From the human T2T-CHM13v2.0 reference genome, Homo sapiens, in NCBI RefSeq assembly GCF_009914755.1, contig NC_060927.1: 64,000 nt of DNA; one strand, 5' to 3'. Shown in pieces: positions 51,137-64,000 of this stretch; the stretch's first letter is position 1, and each line of letters begins with the position of its first letter. The notes beneath the pieces are model-generated. The model saw nothing but the letters and a program-made list of their open reading frames with translations, searched no databases and had not been told where the DNA came from. The position numbers were made by a program, and so were the translations under genes.

Positions 51137-52631
51137 AAGAAAGTTTCTTTCTTTGAAGCTGGCAGGTGGGAACTTAGCCTCCTCTCCTCCCTACTCCCCA
51201 GCTAAGCACCTTCCTGAAGTGGACAGACACATTTTGGCCTCCAGAGCTCTTCATGTTGAATGGCCTTTTGAACTGAACAGCTGAGGACAGGCTCTCCTAA
51301 GCAGTGCCCAACTCAAATGCTTTCACTTTGCTGGAGTGGGGACCCTTGGAGAAGTAGCCTACAAGTCTGAGATGGGGAAGGGACAGAGGAGAAAAGCTGG
51401 TGTGGGTGAGGGGGCTTGCCAAGCCCAGTCTCTCTGACCCATGGTAAGGGAGTAGAAGTGACTAGCTTGGAAGCCCCAAGTCCAAGCCCCTGCTGAGTGT
51501 CTGTGGGTGTTTGGATGCCCTGCTTCACCAGAGCCACATGCCCTTGCTCCTGGCCTGGGTGATGCTCACAGGGCAGGTCCACGGGCAGCAGGTCCTGCAG
51601 TGCATGTCGTCTACTACAAGGGCGTGGAGCAATGCATAGCTGTGTGCTGCTCTCAACTCAGCTCTATGCTGCCCTCCCAGGTTGCACTTTGGCAAGGAAG
51701 CCTCCTTCACCCACTGCAGGCCGGTCACTTTCAGATTCATTGTCATTACCGTGGGGTGCTCTATTCTAGCACTGGCTGAAAACTCCAGTGTTGCCATAGG
51801 GACCTGGCTACCCCACCCCAAATACTAACTTGTTGAGTGCTCAGAATCCGTGAGGTGCATTCTCTCATTCTAGCAAGGCACCAGCGACATCGCAGACTAT
51901 GCTTGGTTATATACTGTATTGAATGTCCTTCCAATGTCACATTTGTGCTTATCACACACATGTGAGTTGGGATATGTCCTTATAAAAACAAATATCTCCA
52001 GGGAAGTGATAAAGTTCAGGTTTACAGATGAGCCAAGGGAGAAACTAAGTTCTTCACTTTAATGAAGAAGAAAGCTCTCTGAAGTGAGAAGAAGAAAGGG
52101 AATTCCAGAATACTGGAGGCCACCCACCATAGCCAAGAAACACTGCATTTACTGGCTGGAAGTAAAATTTACCCTTCTTTGAAAAGATCCTGATATTATC
52201 TGTGTTTCTGATGTATACACACGGAGGTATCACCATTTTCACAGTAGTTATACCTTTTACATCTTTGGATCATTTGGTTATCTTTAATGTTGAATATGCA
52301 ACTCTGTTTCAAGTGGACACTATATTCTCATTTTAATAAACAGAATGGTGTCTGTTTCTGCTCCACAAGAAGACAAAAATGTTTAAGCATATATTATGTG
52401 TAAACTACTGTACAGAACTTAAAGTTGAAGATGAGATCTCAGTTTCAAAACTATCCTAAATGGAATTTTAAGCACTGTAGAATTCAACCAGAACAATTTT
52501 TAACGTATAAATATCTATAATAACAATGATAGCAACTCCCATTTATGAAGTATTAGGTGCCAGGCACAGTGCTAGGTGCTTGGTATAGTCTTGGTATTAT
52601 CTATAATTTTGTAAGCCTCATTTCCCTTTTA

Positions 52632-53807
<1,176 letters not shown>

Positions 53808-54094
53808 TCACTACAATCATTCGTGACATAATTTATAGCGCTTCAGCTTAGTTCACAGTCTGTGAGTTTAGCTCCCATTCTCTAGACAGAGCATTGAATA
53901 TCTGGGATTTGTGGGGCCAGAGGACAATGGCAGCACCATTCTTTAATACAAACAATTGATGTTTTCTTGGTCTTTGTAAAGAACTGTGCAGTCATAGTTC
54001 AAGATAAGTTTTAGGCCCTTCCCACTCCACTCCTCAGCTCTTTTTTTTCATTTGTGCCAGCCCCCATCCGTGTTCTATACCAGAGCCAAGCACA

Positions 54095-54390
54095 GTCCTG
54101 CTTTGTTTTTGTATGGTCTGCACACAATGACTAGTTTTACATTTTTAAATGGCTGAAAAAAATCAAAAGAATAATATTTCATGACATGTGGCAATTATAT
54201 GAAATTCAAATTTCAGTGTCCATAAATAAAGTTTTATTGGAACACAGCCATGCTCATTTGTTTATGTATTTCTATGGCTGCCTTTCACACTACAACAGCA
54301 GAGTTGAGTAGTTGTGACAGAGACCATATGGCCCAAAAAGCCTAAAATATTTACTATATGGCCCTTTACAGAAACAGTTTGTCGAACCCT
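54095..54390. mobile_element. MER58B-like hAT DNA transposon
   Basis: aaataaagttttattggaacacagccatgctcatttgttt...aagcctaaaatatttactatatggccctttacagaaacagtttgtcgaaccctg. Confidence 0.8.
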
Positions 54391-55428
54391 GAACAGTACT
54401 ACAGCCAAAGTTATCTTTTTTTAAAAAAAAATGCTTGCTTATTTTTGCTTCCTGCTTAATACCCATTGCCCTTGGAATAAAAACCTAAAAATCTCTGTAG
54501 GGACCACAGAATCAAGACCCTTCCCACCTCTCCACCCACATCTTAATATACCCTCTCATTCTTGTCATCTTAAATGTTCTGCTTTTTTTTTTTTATTAAG
54601 TCTTCAAATATTCTTTCTGCCAGGAAGTTGTGACCCTCTTATTCCCACTCTAGTTCTCATTAATAAACCTGAAGTCAGGTTCTTTCTTTTAGTTTTCTAT
54701 AACATTTTGTATTTCTATAATATGCATTACAGTTACAATTCTATGGTCTATTTCTGTTCTCCTTGCTTAACTATAAATCCCTTGAAGACAAGGACCATGT
54801 CTGTCTTGTTCACTGTTGTATGTCCACTGACAAGTTCAGTCTTTACCACATAGCTGGTTTGGTATACAGTTTGGTTTACCAAGTACGGTCTGAAACTGTC
54901 TGGGTTTAGGCCTTTGTCAAAGTAAATATTGCGCTTCCCTTACTCTCAAAAGTGTGCCAGTTTGGACAATAAATTATACATTACGTGTAACAGATGATCA
55001 ATAAATACTTTTTGAATGACTCAATTTAGTAGAACTTCAATGATTTGGAGTCCAAATAATTACTACTGTTAACAAGATATTATAAATTCTCTTAGTTCAA
55101 GGAAAAGGCAAAGGATGGGGGAAAACACAGACATTTCTGAAATATTTCAGAAACAGCATTCAGGGCACACCCTAAGTTCAATGTATATTTAATTCAATTT
55201 CTTTAACCTTCAATATGTACGGTGAGAACAAATGATTATCTTGAAACACTAAAGCATCCTCAGTTGCCAAAGAAATGTTATTTTCTATATACTTGAATTA
55301 CTAAGAAAATAGGGTTCGTATGTAAGGTTATCAGTAGTAACAAGGGTTAAAATTTAAAAGATTTTTAAAATTGAGGCTCAATCAATTATTTCATATTCCT
55401 ACTGATATTCTTGTATTATTGCATTTAG

Positions 55429-55795
<367 letters not shown>

Positions 55796-56929
55796 TAGCA
55801 AGGTAATAGTGGTCTCTCTTGCCAGCACATGGGGGCTATGGGGAAGCTAGCTCTCCTTGGAAATTTAAGAGTATATTCTGAAAGTGAATATTTCAATCCA
55901 GGGTCTAATAGAGCAGAAATCTGTACTTATTTTGAATTTTAAGGCTTAAAGAGACAGAATGTCTTTTCATCTTATTCCCAAATGGCAGAAGAAGATAGCA
56001 TATGTTAGATTCAGGGGTAAAGTAATGAGGGGAGCTTTTTAAATGTATACAGATATACGCTGTCTAAATTCTGATACATGTTACTCTAGCTTCTATTTTG
56101 GGAATCACTAAGTAGAAGGTTGACAGAAGGGTGTCCTATTCCTCAGGTGTGTTGGGGAAAAAGGGTTTAAAACAGTTGATTGAAAGTATTAGTGTATAAA
56201 AAGAAAGAATATATCGGTCTGAAGAGGACTTGGTCAGACGTAGGCCAAGAACTTAGGACTTAGGACAGAAAAGTAGAGTTGCAGAGGCAGACTTTGATCA
56301 ATAGAGAACCATATGGAGATGGGACAGAGATGAATCATCATGCCCCACCAAGGTCACAGTAAATTGTCCCTTAAAGCTGTCTACTTTTGCTCTGATTCCA
56401 TGCTTGTTGTGCCACTTTCTGATTGCTAATCTGACTTCCAAGGTATTCAGGTGTTCTGGGCGATAGAAGAAAAGATTTCTGATCACCAGAAAGGAATCTT
56501 CCCCACCGTGCATTAGTGTATTTCCAACTGAGCTAGTATCAGCTCGTGAGTGTGGCTTATATAAGTTGGCCTCCCTGAGCCAACTCTAGGATAGTGACAG
56601 CTCTGAGGCTTTTCTCTAAATAGTGGTCAGTTTACAAAGCCTATGTCAGCCACTGAGACCTTTTGGAGGAGTGTCATCCAGCTTTCTCCTTTAGCCTGCG
56701 CAACATTATCAAATCCCCTTGTTCTTTTATTTTGGAGTTACTGGAATTCCAAAAGTTTTCCAGTAGTGCTATCAATCTAATAAATGCAACATTCAGACCT
56801 ACCTGGAAAAAAAATGAATATGAAATTGGTAACTATTTGTCACGTTTGCTATGTAATAGCATGGCAGTATAGAAGTGTTTGTATTATATAATTCCCTCTT
56901 TTTTACCTTCTTGATTGTCAGAACTCCTC

Positions 56930-57610
56930 TATCTATTTTCCCTTGGTCAGTGAGCTACACCGCCTTCTACCCAGTCACCCAAGCCAGAAACCTAGATGTA
57001 TCCTTTTTCTTGCCTCTTTGCCAGCCAGCCGTGTCTAGTTGGTCACCAAGGTCATCATCATTTCTAGCTTGAACCATTACCAATGTCTTCTTATCTCTTT
57101 TTAACACCTGATCTGTCTTTGAGGTTGATGTCAAATAGTAGTGTTTTAAAATCATGTCTTTTAAAATCATAATTCTGAACTTGTTACTTTTCTATATGAA
57201 ACCACTGGGTGGCTTTTGATATTTCGACAATGTAAAGTCCATATTCTTTGGCATGGCATACAAGGCTCTTCATGACCTGGCTGCTTCCTCCTTCCCCACT
57301 GTATCTCCTCTCCCTGCCTCACTCTCATGACACACACATGCTCAAGTGATGGGGAACTGGTTTGGCAAGCTGCATCATTCCTCTGGATGCTTGCATTTGA
57401 CATACATGTGCTCATCCTGTGCTCATCTTACTTGACCTTTCGGCAGCGTTAGATACCACTGTATACTCCCTCTATTTTGAAATACTTTCTTCCCTTGCCT
57501 TTCATGACATTCTTTCTGGAATCTTCTCTTACCTTTCTGGTATTTCCCTGAATCTTTTTTTGCTGGCCACTCCTCTATTTTCTCTTTGTGTGTTGGGCTT
57601 TCTTGGGGTT
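56930..57610 (+). mobile_element. L2 fragments
   Basis: acccagtcacccaagccagaaaccta...; ORF 57419 LILLDLSAALDT is the L2/CR1 RT motif LLDLSAAFDT. Confidence 0.75.
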
Positions 57611-58649
57611 CAGTTTTAGGTTCTGTTTTTCCCTCTGAAGCCTACTAAATTTAGCTCTGCCCTACATAGCAGTGGTTTGGTATAAGGATTTTTATATTTA
57701 GCAAAAATGTGTATAAATATCAGTTGTGGTACAGTTAATGTATATTTTCTCATAGCTATTTGTTCACCATCGTAAATATATTTAGTTACAATTTCAGTCA
57801 ATGAGAACTACCATAATATGCTAAAAGCACTGCCTTTTAGACAGCGGAAGCTGCCCCCACAGTGGGCTTTCTTCATTTGAATGAGTAGTATTTTCAGCAT
57901 CACTCTACTCTATCTCATTCTGCCATTGTATAAAATGATGAGATTTTAGCATCCCTCAAAAGGTTGATCCGTGGAGTTCATCAAGTAGCCTTTGATTTGT
58001 TTACACACATCACTAAATTAAATGGAATGACTAGGTAGAAATTAGGGCAAATTTTGCTTCTTTATTTAGAAGAAAAATTTTCTTCTGAGAAATAAATAGG
58101 AATTAGTAGATGAAACTGTACTGTCTATTATAGTCCAGATCACTGCCAGGGAATTATTCTAAATACACCAAAGTCAGAAATATTTTCAAAGAAAAGAATT
58201 ATTGAGTAATCAAAATGTTGCCTTAAACCTTTCAGTGATGAGAGATGTGCCGGGTGCTTAGTAGAATTATTCCACCTGAACAGCTGGCTCTTCCTGCTAT
58301 TTCCTTACGTTACATTTACAGCACTCAGAGATAGAATCTTTGGTTGTTGTAAAGGATTAATGCAAGAGTCTGATAGGAATACTACGTCAGTACTAGAGAA
58401 GTAGTATATGAAGAGGTAATCATGACATTCCCAGAATTGCATAGAAATTACTAGCATGGAGAAGAAAAATTAACCTGTAATATAGTTAATTTTAAAGATG
58501 AGATTAAAATAATATTGCAGTAGCTGTTTTATATCAATTTAGCATAAGCAAGATGTTTTTACTTTCATTTTGTTTTTTCTAATCTGTGCGTAGAACAGAG
58601 AAAATTAGGAACTGTCCCTTTAATAAAACCTGTTTACCTATCTTCTTCT

Positions 58650-59014
58650 TGTAGGAGTGGCTTAGGAACCTGTAGAGTGAGGTATAACTTCCAATTCTGC
58701 ATTCTGACCTGCAACCTTGGAAAGAGTGCTGGTACTACAACCAGGAAGTGACAGATAATGTGCTTTAAACTACATTAGAAAAGCTTCTCATAGCAAAACT
58801 GAGAGATTGAAGCAGTGATTATTTTTACATAGTTGTCATTAAATATTTGGAGCTCTGCTGTGCATAGAGATGGCAACATACTTAGAATACACAGCTTTCT
58901 GGGCCAGAAATTGATCTTCTGACTTTTGAGCCTTATCTGATTACTGCTTGGTTCATCTTTATTTTGTTAAACTACTCTGTAGGCTGAAAGGGAGAGACTC
59001 TCCTTGGTTTGCAG
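58650..59014 (+). promoter_or_regulatory. Candidate internal promoter / non-coding alternative exon of GRAMD1C
   Basis: Alu-free unique stretch; ETS (CAGGAAGTG 58742-58750) next to GATA (AGATAA 58753-58758); donor-like CAG|GTGGGT at 59015. Confidence 0.45.
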
Positions 59015-60479
59015 GTGGGTGGTCAGCTTGTGTTTAAAATTTAGGTTGTTTTGAAGACTACTAAGGTAGATTATTTTTGCTGCTGATTATTGAAAGAATT
59101 ATGAATATCAGGCTGGGCATATGTTTGAATGTTTGAATGTTCAACATGGCTGTAAATAACCACATTTTTATGAAAACTGGACAACTTTATAGAAAACGTC
59201 ATTTTTAACAAATTGGCAAATCTACAAGATGGTGAATTACATGAGTTATATTTTATTTTCCATTAACCTGTTATATATATTAAATTACTAGCTTGAAAAG
59301 TATATTGTGATTACCCTGCTATTAACTTCCTGCTAGTATTTAATACAATATTCAAAACATTTATGTAGTCAAATAAAATTACATTTTTGTTGTTAGTATT
59401 TTACTAATAAGTTTCATTTCTTTTGCTGTTAGGAAGCTGCCTGAGTATTCATCATTGGTTTATCTTTTTGCTTTAGTCTGCCTTTGTAATCGTTTGATAT
59501 CTATTATTTAAGAAAAGTTTTTATAAAAGATTAGTCTTACACAAGTATATTGAAATATTGCTTGCTTCTCATTATAAAGTTAACCATCCTAGTAAGACAC
59601 TAAAATATTTCAAAGATAATTTCTTTGGAAGAATGAGTTAATTAGTAGTGTGAGTTATTATTGTGAAAAAAAGTTCACAACAAATGACTCATTTGGAGTG
59701 GAAGTCAGAAAATAAACGTGTATGTTCCTTTAATATCAAGGACAGTGGTTTCTTAATTTTCTCTACCACTAATGGTCCTTTTTATGTTTTTTTCTATGGA
59801 CACTGTGCTTCCAAAGACTTTGTCTACCAAATAAGGGGTATACATTAAATAATAAATATTAAAACATCACTACTTGTTAGATATATATTATTTCCAGTGA
59901 GAATTTATTAGCCTGTGTTATCCATTGTAGGTTAATATAGTTCAGCTCGAAACAGAGGCTTGCCATTTCACTTAACTTGAATAGCTTTATTTTAGATAAT
60001 TGGATATTTTTGACTTTTTGAAATATTATCTGATAATATCTGATGATAATATCTGAATTTTCATCATCTGCTCTTGTGGAATCCTGGTAATCTGGGCACA
60101 GTAGATTGGGAACTAGTGGTCTAAAGTGCAGACATTTTGTTCTTAATATCTTTGAAGGTCCATGAAATGTAATGAAGGTCATCTAGTATAACATAACAAA
60201 CAAAGATGCCATAGTTACTAGACAGAGAAGAAAAAAGGAGGAAGAAAAAGGAAGTGGTATTTATTGTAGGGAACCCTGGGGAGGAATTCAAGGCATCTGT
60301 GTTGTGGCCCCATCAAGTCTATATTTATCTCTACTATTTCGCAACTTAAAATTTTTATTTCAGTTAGGCTGATAGACTACTGACTTCAAAACAAATCTTA
60401 CTTATGTTCATGTATTTATTCTGTATTTTTAGTTGGTTTCCGTCTCTTCAACTTTTCCCATTTCTCCATTTCCCCATAT

Positions 60480-60790
60480 TCTTCCTTTATCTCAGCTGAA
60501 AACACTTCTCCAATGTGAAGCTTTATCTGATCACACTAATCCACAGTCCTATTTCCTTCCTTTAGACTTTCATATCATGTTGACTGTACCAGTACTTTAG
60601 TGCATGATCATATTATATCTTGTCATATAACTTAAGAACATCCCATGTCTCTTCAACTATATTAAAAGTTGTTTGAGGGCCAGGAGCTTAACTTCTACAT
60701 TATGTTTTTATGTTTATTCTCCTTAGCATCTAGTGCAGTAACGCACATTTGTTAGGTACTAAATAAATATCTGTTGAATGAATGAGAGAG
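60480..60790 (+). mobile_element. L2 3' end
   Basis: tttgagggccagg...gcatctagtgcagta...taaataaatatctgttgaatgaatga. Confidence 0.65.
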
Positions 60791-61277
60791 ATTATCTTAC
60801 TAACAATTGCTTCAAGTGTTATGCTACTTCCTTACACCTTGCTTAAGCAGGTAATTAACTATCTGTAATGTTTTTAGACATCAGACCATTGGTTATCATA
60901 ATATTGTTATTTAATTTTATTTTTCAACTGGAGGCCATTATCCTAAATCATAATAATACTCTTTTTGTTTTGCTAGGTAATGTGTGAGTTTGTTGTATTT
61001 GATGATTTAAAAATTTGTTAATTTCTGCCTACAAAGAAAGAACAAGCTGGACTTTATTAAAGATAAATCGAAGGAAAAATTCTGAAGTCCAGACTCTTGC
61101 ATTTTATATATTAGGAAACTATAGTTTAAAATTTATTGATATATAAGATTTTTAAAGTGGTTAAAATATTCAGATACATTATGGATTAAGAGGACAGGTT
61201 CTAAGCTGACAGGGCTGAACGGTGATTCAGTGGTCATGGTAGACTGGTTAGATTGCAGAACTAAACTGAAGATCAGA

Positions 61278-61926
<649 letters not shown>

Positions 61927-62231
61927 TGAACAAATTATTTTACAGAAAGAAAATTTAAAACATTTTTAACCTCCCATTTTCAGTAGTTATTATAATATGT
62001 ACTTTAAAATCATTTTATCTATTCCTTTTATGAACTCTGCCAGATAGCTTTTATTAACTCATTTTTATAGATATGCAAAATGGAGGTACAGAAAGGTCAA
62101 ATAACTACCAAAGCCCCATATCTAGTCTTTGCACAACAGGTCATTTTTGACTTCAAAACTCATGTTTTGAATCACTGTGATATTATATTTTATATTTTCC
62201 AATGCTCAGTGTAATTTTTCTGTCATTTTAG

Positions 62232-62347
62232 AGCCTGACTAGACAGGAATTCTGGCAACTGCTCCAGCAGAACTATGGCACTGAGCTAGGTTTAAATGCT
62301 GAGGAGATGGAAAACTTGTCACTGTCGATTGAGGATGTGCAGCCAAG
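62232..62347 (+). CDS. GRAMD1C: GRAMD1C exon 7 (SLTRQEFWQLLQQNYGTELGLNAEEMENLSLSIEDVQP..)
   Basis: Acceptor cattttag|AGC, 116 nt, donor AAG|gtacag; YGTELGL family motif, in frame with exon 6. Confidence 0.94.
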
Positions 62348-63032
62348 GTACAGCAAAATGTTTTGAAATGTCAAAATTTATCAATTATTAATCAAAGCAG
62401 AATTATTTTACATTCGACTAATTCTGAATTTCTAGTAATTTATCTTTGGCTGCCATTTGCCCCTTTGTTCTTTGTGGTGGAATGGGGTGAAAGGTGGGGA
62501 CAGAGAATAGTTTGCTAAATAGGTAAGCACATATGAGATATATAAGGAAATGTTGGCTATGTCACTTAGGGTAGACTTAAAGTCTGGTTTTAGTAAGCCT
62601 GTTTATTAAGGATCTGGAGAAGTACCTAGTGAAATCTCTGAGTTTATAGATGACAGTAAAGTAAATTATATGGTAGGTGTTTTGAAGGATACAATAATAT
62701 GATTTTTCCTCAGGAATTCCCTAACATAGTGCTTAGCATGTGGTTGGCACTCCATAAATATTGAATACATTAATGGAAGGAGCATATAGCCTACCGTGGA
62801 ATGCAAATAATTGTAATACAAGGTCGATAATGGTAAGAGTCATAACAGAGTAACAGATAATGTGATAAAGAAATTAAGAGTACAGAGAGACTATTTTTGA
62901 CTGATGAGGATTCATTTAGAAGAGTGGACATTTTTATTAACCTCTACAAGTAAAAGTGCATTATGTCCAGTGGAAATTGAGGCTGTTAGCAATAAAAACA
63001 ATTAAGGAGAATACATTAAAATTCTATAGCAA

Positions 63033-63337
63033 ACATTATGCTGAGTGAAAAAAGCCAGTCACAAAAGGCCATATATTGTATGATTCCATGTATGTGAAAT
63101 GGAGTCTAGAACTGGTAAGTTTATAGAGACAGAAAGTAAATGGTAGTTGCCAGGAGCTGATAGGAAGGGAGAATGGGGAGTGACTGCAAGTGGGGACAGC
63201 ATTTCTTTGTTGAGGTGATGACAATGTTCTACAATTAGTTAGTGGTGATGGTTGCCCAACTCTGTAACCCACTAAATTGTACACTTTACATGAAGTGAAT
63301 TTTGTGGTGTGTGGATTATATCTTAAAAGCTGTTATT
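63033..63337 (+). mobile_element. L1MB-type 3' end fragment
   Basis: aacattatgctgagtgaaaaaagccagtcacaaaaggccatatattgtatgattcc...; AAATTCTATAGCAAA appears on both sides as a probable TSD. Confidence 0.85.
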
Positions 63338-63589
63338 TAGAAATTCTATAGCAAATCTTAAAATGGAAATATTTTGAAAGTCTCAAAGTATGTGCAGAAA
63401 TTTTACTCATCTAGGTAATCTACTTATGCTGATCCAATTTATATCTTTTCAGCTTAGCATCAGTATTTTATAGGCTTTTTTACATGGTTGCACATGTATA
63501 TTTTATTAGCTTTCTGTAAAGTTAAAAATTTCCATTGTATTGTTCTCCTTGAGAAGTTTAGTAGCCTCTTGCCGGCTCTGGATTTGGAT

Positions 63590-63785
63590 AGAAAAGCAGT
63601 TACTCTAATGCAAAGAGCCTTGGATTATGGTAAACAGGATCTGGATCTTAGTTAGGGTCACCAAACAGCCGAGCAACCTCAGGCAAATCTTTTCATTTTT
63701 TTGATTCTCAGTTTTCTCGTCTATGAAATGAGGCAGCTGAACTAGATTATCTTTAAGGTCCTTGCCAACTTGAAAAGTTTCTAGT
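63590..63785 (+). mobile_element. MIR
   Basis: ttctcagttttctcgtctatgaaatgagg...tagattatctttaaggtcct. Confidence 0.65.
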
Positions 63786-63812
63786 CTTTGAGGAAAGAAA
63801 GAATATTTTTGA

Positions 63813-64000
<188 letters not shown>

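Noticed and set aside
60022-60056. Short palindrome and tandem TGATAATATCTGA
   Set aside because: Very AT-rich and short; consistent with slippage, with no other support.

Overview
Primate (most likely human) genomic DNA covering the 5' part of GRAMD1C (Aster-C, an ER-anchored sterol transfer protein) on the + strand. It contains a CpG-rich first exon and seven coding exons (92-118, 5688-5834, 30702-30786, 36690-36793, 37373-37468, 43960-44040, 62232-62347). These splice with GT-AG junctions into 218 in-frame codons plus 2 nt (MEGAPTVRQVMNEGDSSLAT...EDVQP), including the GRAM domain; the gene continues past the window. The introns are mostly transposon-derived: about 50 Alu copies, L1 and L2 fragments, MIR and MER DNA elements, a 5'-truncated SVA, a MER11 solo LTR with a 6-bp TSD, a MaLR LTR plus internal fragment, and a decayed class III ERV with recognisable protease and RT motifs. 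Two processed pseudogenes are present: RPS10 (- strand) and a near-intact CTDNEP1/Dullard copy (+ strand, one frameshift). I see no evidence for a wholly new biological system. The best leads are an AluY-CTDNEP1 unit under a single TSD, three retro-insertions stacked on about 80 bp of ancestral DNA, a stop-free exon 3-6 circle bracketed by inverted repeats, a possible internal promoter giving a GRAM-less isoform, and several fold-back hairpins. Repeat boundaries and subfamily names are by eye and approximate.
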